From Lama glama (taxonomy: Eukaryota): DNA of 64,000 nt. How positions within the stretch are numbered: position 1 is the stretch's first letter; every line of letters starts with the position of its first letter. The notes under the pieces were generated by a model. It made no database searches. It worked only from the letters and a program-made list of their open reading frames with translations, and was not told the origin of the DNA. This document shows, piece after piece, positions 1 through 16,160 of this stretch. The stretch lies in assembly GCA_028534125.1 (NCBI GenBank), contig CM052818.1, positions 312,001-376,000 of the forward strand, written 5' to 3'. A program made the translations under genes and the position numbers.

Positions 1-484
1 AAAAAAAAACAATTCTATCATTCCTTCTTCATTTACTAGCTGGATTCTCCTTATAAAGTGAAACTTGCCCTCATAAATTACTTGGTTACTTTGAGGCATA
101 TTTTGTTGAGAACAAGCAAGGTAAATGATTGTCTTCCTTTTACATATTAGTTTTTGATATAATGTTTCTTCTATTTCCTAAAAGTATAACTTGTATTTTT
201 ATTCAAATTGAAATAGAATATTATTTTAGAAGGCTTCTTAATAAGAAAGTAGCACTGTCATTGGCCCCTGCTCCCACCTCTGACCCTGATTCCACAGTGG
301 TAACTTCCATCCACTTTTGGCTTTTTCTTCTGACATTTCCTTATTTTCTTCTAAATTTATGAATTAAACCTTTAATACTTCTATTTTAATTTGTCCCCAT
401 TTCACACAGTATCTGTTACTACCATGGGTGATGTCTCTCTGCTTTTTGTTCCTGCTTACTGCTCAGATTTCTCCTTTTTTTAAA

Positions 485-1005
485 AAAATTTTTAATAGAC
501 TTTATTCTTTTAGAACAGTTTCAGGTTTCAGCAGAACTGAGCAGAAAATACAGAGAGTTCGCACATAGCCCTCCCCAGCCACACATATATACTCCCCTAC
601 ACTCAGCATCCCTCATCAGTGTGGCGTCTTTGGTACATATCAATGAACCAGCATGGACACATTATTATCAACCAAAGTCCATAGTTTACATTAGGGTTCA
701 CTCTTGATGGCTGTACATTCTATGGGTTTTGACAAATGCATAATGACATGTAGCCACCACTATAGTATCATACAGAATAATTTCACTGCCTTAAAAATCC
801 CTTGTGCTCCATCTGTTCATCCCTTCCTCCCTCCCTCTCCCCAAACCGCTGGAAACCACGATCTTTTTATTGTTTCTGTAGCTTTGCCTTTTCCAGAATG
901 TCATTTGGTTGGAATCGTACAGTTTGTAGCCTTTTCAGACTGGCTTCTTCCATTTAGTAATATGTCTTTTAAGTTTCTTCTGTGTCTTTCATGGCTTGAT
1001 AGGCT
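485..1005 (-). mobile_element. Ancient L1 (L1MC-like) 3' end fragment in a CCDC142 intron
   Basis: Motifs 'cattattatcaaccaaagtccatagtttacattagggttcactcttg' and 'tagtatcatacagaataatttcactgccttaaaaatcc' resemble L1MC 3' UTR. A related copy lies at 60625-60935. Confidence 0.7.
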
Positions 1006-3150
1006 TTTTTTTTTTACTGCATATATACTTTTAATTTACATATATATGTACCATTCATTGTTTCTAAGAACGTTTAGAGCTTTAGCTTTTTAAACATACA
1101 TAGTTATCAAAGGAATAAACCCAACCACAAAATAAGAATTTACTCAAAAAAATACATACACCCTTCTATTAATAGCAATATTATTTATAATTGCCAAGAT
1201 ATGGAAGCATCCTAAGTGCACATCAATAGTTGAATATAGATTTCTCCTCATTGCCCTGAGTGGGGGCATGGCTGCAGAGTTCAGCCCTTGTCCCTCCACT
1301 TCTGTTCTCTCTGCATTCCACAGTGCCTTGGTGCTGTGGACCCTGCCTCCCCTCAGCTTAGCCCTAACCCACCATCTGCATCTGCTTGTTGGGCATTTCC
1401 ACCTCAATTTACTGCTGCCTCTTTCCAGGCTCTTCATGAATAGGGTGGACAGTGATGTCCCAGAACAGGCTCTTCATGAATAGGGTGGACAGCGATGGTT
1501 GTGGGAGCTCTTAGCAGGGAAGGCCATGGTGGACACGTGGAAACAGAAGCTCCTTACAGGGCCTATGGCTCAAGCTGGCAGCTGGGCAGCCTCAGAGGAG
1601 TAGCAGGGGTTACTGGAGGTGGGCAGTTTACAGTTCCTTGGAGGAGCAGTGGGGAGATGGCCTGATTGAAGCAGAAGGGCTGTGTGTGTGTGTGTGTGTA
1701 TACACATGAGCATGCCCTCGTCCTCGCATGCCTGTGTGAAGGGGAGGGGTGGAGGACTGTGGAAAAGTAGGTTGTCATCAAACTGTGGAGGGCACTGAAC
1801 ACCAGCCCACAGATTCTGGACTTTATCTCTTAAGTGATAGGAGCCATTGTAAGAGCAGGAGGGGAACAGTGAAGACAGTGACAGAGTCTGATCCAGCAGT
1901 GGTGGTCAGGATAAAAGGGAGGTGGGGAGATGTAATACGAGAAGGGTCCAGCTCTTGGTAGTTGTGATGAAAACAGAGCAAAAGGGACAGGGATGGTGTA
2001 CGCACCGTGTGAACCAAACACTATCCCAAGCAGTTTCATGCCTTGTCCCTCCGCCTGGTGACCACACTGCTGGGTGTCTCCTCTGGGTATTCCACTGAGT
2101 ACAGCTCTGGGATGAAAAAGAAGAATTAGACATGAGTTTTCTCCTCAGCTGAACTGTCATGTCTCATAGAAAAAGACGGTCCCACAGTGTGACCTTGTCT
2201 TTCCTCAGAGTGTTGAGTGCAGAATTTCCTAACAAATGTCAGTTGACAAAAGGGTGATTTCTGTGCCACAAATAAGGAAGAAGGGGGTTGTAGTTTTGGG
2301 GATAAGAGTTTGGATGTAGACAGGCTGTGGTCAGAATATGTATCAGGAGCCACGTGGGCTCTCCCTGCCTAGGCACCCCGCCCCCCAAGCCAAGGTCCCT
2401 TCCTCTCTTCAGGCTCCTTGGCATGCAGTCACTTTTTCTTTAGGCCTACCACTACACACCCCACTTCCTGAGGTTCTTCTCCAAGATGGGCTGTAGAGAC
2501 TCCTCTTTTTTGCTGTCTTCTCCCCCTCCCAAAACAAAACCTATCAAACCAAAGAAACCAAACCTGCACAGGGGCCTTTTCTTGCTTTACGGGTTAAGTT
2601 TGCTCTGGAGAAATGCAAGTGGCTACAAAGACTTCAGTGTGAGGACATTCCAAAGGTTCCTGAGTCTCAGAAAGTTAAGAGTCACTGCTCCTGGTCTACA
2701 CACAGTTCCCTTATAGACAACAGGCAGAAGATGGTACAATTCCCTTTTCTTTCTTCAGCCTCTGCCTATCTGCCAATCATGTAGACCTCCCTCCCTAGCA
2801 TTCACTTTTGAACCCTGGTGGTGGTGAGCGTGTTGCCCTCTTTTTTTCCTATTAACATTACTGTAGAATAAAATTAACCTGGAGGATTTCCATCCTCTGA
2901 ACCAGGCTGAGGAGAGCTGGGCAATCCTATGGCAATTGTCCATAATGTTCTCTGGGTCCAGATCTTTTGGAAAACCCAATAAAAGCTATAGCATCTCTCC
3001 TCAGAAAATGCCCGAGCCATACAGTTATGCATACAGTTCTGTTTCTGGGGCTGTATGGATGCCAGGGTAAACACCTCAGATCTACAAGAGCAGATTACTT
3101 GACAAGTCCCTCACAGATAAGTCCCTTTTACTTTCTCCTTATCCCCACAG

Positions 3151-4381
3151 CTCCTACCAGAAGAGTCACTAGGTCTCTTTTTTCAAGAATGTCATAAACA
3201 AGCCACACAGGACTTCGAACTCTATATGCCACGGGGTCGGTACTGGCGGCATCGTCTCTGTCCTGGTAACTCTTCATCCCAGCATCCCCTTCCAGGTTCC
3301 TGGAGGGTAACAGTGTCCTAACCCTTCCAAATCCTGGCTCCAGCCCTCTGTGTCCATCCTTGTCCTCACCTTCTGTGTGCTCTGCAACCCCCGCCCCCAC
3401 CCCCCACCAAATACTACCTTCTTACCCCAAAGGCTCCATTAGGGCCTTTGATGGATCTCCCTAGCTTCATATCCTGTCCTTTCTCTTCTCTCACTCCAGA
3501 ACTTCCCAGCATTCCTAGTGAGTATGCTGGGTTGGTGGTCCGCAGGGTACTGGAGCCTGTGTTGCAAGGATTGCAAGGACTGCCACCTCAAGCCCAGGCC
3601 CCTGCCCTCAGCCAAGCGCTGACTGCCATCCTGGGTGCCTGGCTCAACCACATTCTCACCCATGGGATCCGGTTCAGGTGGGGAGAAAAGGAGGCAGAGG
3701 CTGGGGGATGAATGGAACTGGGAAAAGGGAGGGGGATAGAGCAGTTTGGGGGAGGCAGGAGGGTCAGGTGGCCACGTTGTACCTTGGCCTTCAGCCTGCA
3801 GGGGGCGCTGCAGCTCAGACAAGACTTTGCAGTGGTCCGGGAGTTGCTGGAGGAGGAGCAGTGGGGCCTGTCCCCAGAACTTCGCCAGACTCTGCTCATG
3901 CTCAGCATCTTCCAGCAGCTGGACGGGGCACTGCTGTGTCTATTGCAGCAGCCCTTGCCCAAGACTCAAGTCCACAGGAGGCCTTCCTGTTGCTGTGAGT
4001 CACTCTCCTTCCCCAACTCCAGGCTCACTTCACCCCTTTCTGTGCCACATCCCCATCCTTATTATTGATCTGGCTTCAGTGTCTCCCTGCCAGCCACACC
4101 TGCCTTCCGCTCCTGCCTTACCAGGTGCATGTAATGACATCCTGAACACGGACCTGCCCAGCAGCAGCCTCAACAGCCTGGAGAGCTTGGAGCCTCCTCT
4201 TCAGCCTGGAGCACCCCGAGCCCAGACAGCTCAGCTGCTAAGCACACGATGGGGAGGAGGACCTAGCCCTGAGGCTTACTTGGTAGGAAATCAGCAGGCC
4301 TGGCTTTCCCTGAGGCAGCACCAGCACCCTCGCTGGCACTTACCTTTTCTTTCCTGCCTGGGAACCAGTTCTGAATCCTAA
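3151..4381 (+). CDS. CCDC142: Coiled-coil domain containing 142, last four coding exons (3151-3265, 3500-3677, 3795-3994, 4125-4381); 5' exons lie outside the window
   Basis: AG/GT-flanked exons with compatible phases give LLPEESLGLFFQECHKQ...SEYAGLVVRRVLEPVLQGLQGL...SLQGALQLRQDF...GNQQAWLSLRQHQHPRWHLPFLSCLGTSSES*. This matches the CCDC142 C-terminus, and the gene sits next to MRPL53 as in human 2p13. Confidence 0.92.
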
Positions 4382-4578
4382 GGAGCCTGGTCAGAAGCCA
4401 GAGAGCATAAGCTCCCCATCTCTATCTGAAAAAGCCCAGACATTTAGAAATGCATATATAGATTTTAAAAAAGCCTAATTGGGAGCTTGGAAGAAAGCAT
4501 ACCTGAGAACCACAAGCTACACAGAGCCTGGACTTAAAAAGCTAAGAATCCAACATCACTGCAGTGCCTGGAATCCAG

Positions 4579-4584
4579 AATAAA
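4579..4584 (+). terminator. Candidate polyadenylation signal of CCDC142
   Basis: AATAAA about 200 nt after the stop codon. Confidence 0.55.
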
Positions 4585-5481
4585 AGGCAAAACCACAGCT
4601 TGGAATCTGGAGGTCAGCATCCTTGGAAGTCTTGGGCTCAGTTCCCATCAGTGGAGATGTCTCGGGGCTAGACACGGGTAGTCAGGGGCCAGACGCTGGG
4701 CGTAAGGCTGTAGGGTTGGATCCCAGGGGAAAGGGAAAAAGAAAAAACAACAGAAAGCAGGGAGCCTAGATGCCACTTTCTCTTATGTCCCAGGAGCCAG
4801 GCTAAACACAAAAAGGTCAGGAACTATTACAAAGTTAATTCATCAGGAACCACGACAGTGGGAAAGGAATTTCTACCCCTGGATCGGCCCCACCGTATAT
4901 ATACTCTGTGCTCCCCTCCCCATTACTATTTTTAGTCATTTAAGAATATTGAGCTGTAGGACCTTCATGTGTCAGCTTTGATTACTCGGAGTTCCACATG
5001 TTTAATCTTCATTTCCCTGAGAGGCTTTACCCCCTGGCACTTATATAATCCCTGCCGTGGTAGTGCCCTCTGCTCAGATGGGACCAGCACTTAAGATGGC
5101 GTTAACCTAGATCTGGCACAACAGGGTACAAAGGGGAAGAGGCTGCAAGAGACGTGGTGTCGGAGCCAGGTGCAAACGGCTTTTGCACGACTGATTTATT
5201 GCCTTCACTGCGGTACAAGAGGACTATTAATGATAGGCAGTACTTACTGACTGCTTACTTTGGGCCCCCTCCATACCCTGTGTGGAAACCATCTCTCCCT
5301 CCTGGCCTTCCTCCTCCTCTCGGGCTGGGGAGCCCAAGGCGGCGGTTTGGGAACCAGCGCCACCCACGGCGGCGACAAACTCTCTCCCCGCGAAGGTCTG
5401 CTGCCTGCGAAAGCGCGCCGCTCACAGCCGGTCGCACAAGCGACACTTCCGGGCACGAGTTCTTCCGGGGCGGAGGTCACC

Positions 5482-5996
5482 ATGGCGGCGTCCTTGGCTC
5501 GGCTGGGACTCCGCCCTGTTAAGCAGGTTCGGGTTCAATTCTGCCCCTTCGAGAAGAACGTGGAGTCGACGAGGTACGAAGGGGAAGGGAGTGGGGCCGT
5601 GCCTTCCTCCTGCCTGGGGTCTGGCCTCCTCTGGCCCCTGCTCACGCCGTTTTCTCACCGCAGGACCTTCCTCCAGGCAGTGAGCAGCGAGAAGGTTCGC
5701 TCCACCAACCTCAACTGCTCGGTGATTGCGGACGTGAGGCATGACGGCTCAGAGCCCTGCGTGGACGTGCTGTTCGGTGGGTCGAGTGGGGAGTCAGGCG
5801 GGAGTCGCGCGCCCTCGGACCCGCTGTCCTCCCGGCGCCTGACTCCTTTGTTCCTTCCCCAGGAGACGGGCATCGCCTGATAATGCGCGGCGCGCACCTC
5901 ACCGCCCAGGAAATGCTCACTGCCTTTGCCTCCCACGTCCAGACCAGGGGCGCGGCGGCGAGCGGGGACAAGCCTGGCGATAGTACTGGGCGCTAA
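5482..5996 (+). CDS. MRPL53: Mitochondrial ribosomal protein L53 (exons 5482-5573, 5664-5776, 5863-5996; 112 aa)
   Basis: Strong Kozak accATGG in a CpG island. Spliced product is [87 protein letters not shown]...; the CDS is 339 nt. Confidence 0.96.
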
Positions 5997-6598
5997 CGGC
6001 GCAGAAGGGACCAACAAGCAGTTTTTAGCGTGAAACTGCTAAGGACACTTATCTAAGAAAACCGTCACTTAATAATTTCTCAGATCACTATCTGGAGGGC
6101 CACAGAGCGCCCCCAAAAGAAAGAGCCCCGTGACGACAAATCCAACCAGTGTTTCTGGGAGGAAACAAGGTGGGGAGGGGTCTGCAGAAACTTGAATTTA
6201 TTTCACTTTCTTACCATCATTCACTGCTTGACTCTTGAATCTGGCTTCTCCCACCACTACTCAAGATACTTTTTCTTATTAGAAAATCCAGTGCTGTTTT
6301 CTCAGTCCTCATCTTTCCATCTCAGTAGCATCTACCACTCTTAATTCACTTCCTTGTGGAACTTCTTTTCCTTTCGGGTCCTTTTTCTTCTCTTAACCCT
6401 ATAAGTATACTACTCTTCTTTCTCTTTTTTGGGGGGGCGGGGGGGGACTCGAACCACCCTCTTGGGTTAACCTCTACATTTCTGTTTGCCTCAAATCTCA
6501 AATCCTGTGCAATAGTCAGGATATCTACTATCAGTTTTCTCCAAATTCTACCAACACTCTTTGTACAAAATATAACTGATAATCTTACACACTCTGTA

Positions 6599-6824
6599 TA
6601 GTTGACCCTTGAACAACTGGGTTTGAACTGCAGGGGTCCTCTTATATGCCTATTTTAAAAAATAAATACATACTACAGTAGGACACTTCCTGGCTTTTTC
6701 AATCTGCGGTTGTGGAACCGTGGATTCTGGAGGGCCATCTGTAGAGTTATCCCCAGATTTTCAGCTCTGCAGAGGGGTTGGGTCCCTAACCCCAACCTGA
6801 CCCCCATTGTTTAAGGGTCAACTG
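6599..6824. mobile_element. Tigger2-family non-autonomous DNA transposon (MITE)
   Basis: Terminal inverted repeats tagttgacccttgaaca...tgtttaagggtcaactg, flanked on both sides by TA (Tc1/mariner target duplication). Confidence 0.8.
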
Positions 6825-7584
6825 TACTTGCCTCCTCCCCTGACTTCTCATTCCTTTAAAAGGCAGTTCCTCTGCTCAGCCACTTGAGTTGGAAACCACA
6901 GCATTATCTCTGGTTCTGCCCCCTCCCTTTCCTGCATATCTAGTCAGTAAGTTCAGAATATTTCTGTCTTAAACAGAAGCTCCTGAAACGTTCTCTTCGT
7001 TCCCATTCACTCTCCTGTATCATTATTGCGTTCTCCTACCTGGTCTTTTTCCAAATCATTTTTGCTGCTGCTGCTTAATTTTATCTTTCCAAAGCACATC
7101 ACTGGTTTTATATTTTACTACTAGTTGTTTCAGAGAACAGTGCCTAAAATACTTTTAGGTACTGTGCCTGAAGTGTTTTTCATACGAGGTTGTCACCCAT
7201 TAATGTGAATCGTGAAATCAGTTTACAGGACTGTATCAGAGTGTATGGCACTTGGAATGGGAAGTATTCTTTAAGCAACTTATGTTTTAAGTATATAATC
7301 ATGAATATAGATAGATTATGTAAAGTGTGTGTATATGTGTCTATGTGCATGTACTTGGTTGCAGTACAGAATTATTTCTTACCATAGGTTGTAAGAAAAA
7401 ATGGTTGAGAGAAAAACTTCACCATATTCAGCTAGGCAGTCAAGGATCTCTGGGTACTTTGCCAAATACATTTCCCATAGCCCTTCTACCGCATTACTGT
7501 TCTGCTTCTCTACTTAAAAGGGTAATATCTTCAAAGGGCTGTTTTTTACCCTCCCACTTTAAAGAAAGAAATCTATCAGGAGAC

Positions 7585-7780
7585 AGCATAGTGTAGTAAA
7601 CAGCCAGAATGCCTGGGATTGAAATCCTAGCTTTTCCCTTAAGTAGCTAGGTAACTTTGGACACATTACTTAGTCTCTCAGTGCATGTTTCCTCATGTAT
7701 AAAATGGGGATGGTAGTACCTACCTCATGGGACTATTGAGAGGATTAAAAGAATTGCTACCTGTAAACTGCCTGGAACAT
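7585..7780 (+). mobile_element. MIR SINE
   Basis: MIR core-like 'gtaactttggacacattacttagtctctcagtgcatgtttcctcatgtataaaatggggatggtagtacctacctcatgggactattgagaggattaaa'. Confidence 0.75.
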
Positions 7781-9039
7781 TGGGGGAGCATGGGAGAGCC
7801 TTAGGCTATAGTAGAAAGACTACTGAACCTAGACTTGAGTTTGAGAGGTCCATAGTTAACTGGTTGTTATCTTTGGCCAGATTTAACGACACTCCTCATC
7901 TGTGGAAACCAAGATGGTTCAGACGTTGCTGTAAACATGGATTGAGTGCTGGCACTGTGCTTCTAGGTTGTGAACTGGAGGTTGGGGCTGTTTTCTCTGT
8001 ATCCCCAGCACTTTGCATAGTGTCTGATACAGAGTGTGCAAAAAATATTTGTTGAATTTACAAATATTTAGTATCAACCTTTTGACTGTAACTGATTAGT
8101 ATTGGGTTACAAAGATGAATGATGGTACTTAGGTTTGTACTAAGTGCTGCAGTACCAGGTGCAATGGTAGCAAGAAAGATAAGAGAACGGACCAATCATT
8201 GGGTTTGGTGATTGTTAAATGAGTAATAAGTCTACAAGTGGCAGTGGGGCCAGAAATCAGACTATAATGAAATAAGAAGTGGGCATGCAGCATAAATGTG
8301 TTACAGAATTTGGATGGGAGGTGTGATAATAGAATTGCATAAGGGTGTGGAGTAGGGTTTTTTGAGAGCATAGGGGTTTGTACTTTATGAACCATCTTTT
8401 GTGCTGAGCTGTTAGTGAGAATAAGTAACCAAATCTAAGTTGCATTTCTGAGCCACCATCAAATGTGATGTTGACTCTTCTAGGTCAACGTGAGGTGCAG
8501 ATGCTACCTCCTTCCTATAGCCTTCCCTAACTGGGACACAAGCAGTCCCTCCCTAAGCGCCTTTGCTTCCTGGGTTGTAGAAAAGGACATAAGAGAAAAA
8601 GTACATGCACCACCATTATGGTCCCTTTACAGTGCATCTAGATAAGTAATCCTAGACAGAGTGGAGATAAGACTTGTGTAAAGCCACGGGCGTTGCTTAA
8701 AGACACCACTAGAACAGATCTTAGGGTCCCTCTTGGGTCCACTTCATTTCATTACGAAAGAAAGCATAGCTGTGGACAATTTATGATCCAGCTTGATTTA
8801 GGTACACCTGGGTTCCAAGCTAGCCACTTCGCGGTTCTGTGGCCAGGGCCAAGTTACCAGAACTTTCTAGACCAGTTTGCAGCCACCGAGTTAGGGCGAG
8901 GTGAGGAGCAGTAAAGTATAAAACACTCAAGACTGCGTCCCAGGCTCTTAATCTGTAGTCGTTATTAAAAAAACAACAACAACAACAACAAAACAAAGAG
9001 GCAAGTGCGAGATTGATTTTTCCTACTAGTCGTGTGAAC

Positions 9040-9309
9040 GCCAAATAATCGCAGATCCAGTCGGGTCGGCCCTCCTAAAACGAGGCCTACACCAACGCCG
9101 GCGACGACGGTTCCGGGGTCTGGGGCTTAACCTGACGTGGCGGGGCGGGGCTTCCGGCGAGAGGCGGAAGCGGAGCGGGAGGCGCGGGCCCGCAGGTGCG
9201 ACTGACATCAGTGGTCGCCCAGGCACTACGGGCATCCCAGGGAGGCGAGGTAGAGCCGGGCTCCGTTGCCGCCTCTCCCGGACCCCGCGACGCCGACCTG
9301 CGTGCCAGG
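9040..9309 (+). promoter_or_regulatory. CpG-island promoter / 5' UTR of MOGS
   Basis: CpG-dense, with a TGACGT half-CRE, tandem GGGGCGGGG GC boxes and ETS-like CTTCCGG/CGGAAG motifs just upstream of the ATG. Confidence 0.7.
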
Positions 9310-12781
<3,472 letters not shown>

Positions 12782-12970
12782 GGGTGGATGGAGGATGGGA
12801 GGGGAGCCAGGCCCCTTGTGCACTCTGGACTAGAGGGACAAGGTCTCTCACTTGTGCCCCCCACCCTCACATACCAGTGCTTCAGACCCTCAGCAGCTCA
12901 TCTCAGGTGTCTCCTTACTGTCATCCCACATAGCCCTGGGGTGAATGTGAATGCAGAGTCTATTTTTCTA

Positions 12971-12976
12971 AATAAA
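12971..12976 (+). terminator. Polyadenylation signal of MOGS
   Basis: AATAAA 190 nt after the stop. It converges on the WBP1 3' end. Confidence 0.7.
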
Positions 12977-13184
12977 CTGGAAAACATGCCAAACTCTCCC
13001 TTTTGCCAGCTTTGCCTCACCAGGAGGTCTTAGCCTGGTCCAGGCCTTAGGGCTGCCTGCTTTCCTTCAGAGAAGGTGGGGAAAGTGGCTACCAGCTGTC
13101 CCCTCCAAACCTAGTTAGGTCAAGTGCAATGCAGTGAGTCCAGCACTAGTCCACCCAAGTCCACAAGCAGCTGGTTCACATCTC

Positions 13185-13190
13185 TTTAAT
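13185..13190 (-). terminator. Candidate polyadenylation signal of WBP1
   Basis: ATTAAA on the minus strand about 190 nt after the WBP1 stop. Confidence 0.55.
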
Positions 13191-13379
13191 GAGATCAAAG
13201 GCTCCTGTGTGTGTCTTAGGGGGTAGAGCTAGCACAGTCCCCCCAGCACTGCCCTTCGTGGGACTCCAGTCCTTTCCAGCAGGTTCTAGGAGGGCAGGGA
13301 GAGGCCAAGGAGAGCTCAGAGAGTTGGGACCAGGGCTGTTTCTGGTGGGCAAGTAACCCACCCACCCTCCCAAAACTGT

Positions 13380-15422
<2,043 letters not shown>

Positions 15423-15608
15423 GCTTCCACCTACAGCCCCCTGAAGACCACAGCCTCCTCTACCGCCAGCTGCCCCGCCCCTGCCACCTCTGCCGCCACC
15501 ACCATGGCCCCAGTCCGGCCCATCTTCGCTGCTGCCACCATCATTCCACGACCGGAGCTTCCATCCTGTGAGACCTCTGCCAACTAGCGCCCAGGTTGTT
15601 CTGTCCTA

Positions 15609-15854
15609 CCAATCTGCATCATGCTCTGACAGGCGGGCCAATAGGAAGGATTACAGGCCTCTCCCTGTGACCAATCTGCAGCAGCGCCTCCACCACTCTC
15701 CCAGACAACAAGAGCTTGCATACACAAAGAGTGGGGCAAGGTTCGACCCAGCGCCCTGATTGACAGCGACAGCAGCCAATACAGACAACAGAACAGATTC
15801 TGAGCTATCAACCAATGAACGGCCGTCCAGAACAGCGAAGTATCCACTGATTGG
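15609..15854 (-). promoter_or_regulatory. WBP1 promoter with six CCAAT boxes
   Basis: CCAAT at 15609, 15638, 15671, 15776 and 15812, plus ATTGG at 15850, between the INO80B 3' end and the WBP1 5' UTR. Confidence 0.6.
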
Positions 15855-16160
15855 TTCAAACCCTATTTTCGGGATGATGCCAAACGCCCGACCACGCCAG
15901 GTAGTCCCGCTGGAAGAGGCGGGGTCCCAAAAGTCCGCTGGACTCTGGAATCGGAGCAGCTACTCTTCTTGGGCCTGGTGGGCCTTTCCCAGGCGTCGAC
16001 GCAAGCTCTCGTGGGGGCAAGACGTGTGCACAGGGAATTGGCCTGCCCAACCCCCAACCCCCCAATTCTGTACAAGTCAAGGCATCAGAGGACTTTTAAT
16101 AGGTTGGGGAAGACACTGAAACCTGGGGAGAAGGCGCACAGTCCGGGTTGGGTGAGGGCC

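Noticed and set aside
9196..9309. In-frame upstream extension of MOGS from a GTG/CTG codon
   Set aside because: Non-AUG start in a GC-rich leader close to the likely TSS; the canonical MARGERRRR start fits the known protein.
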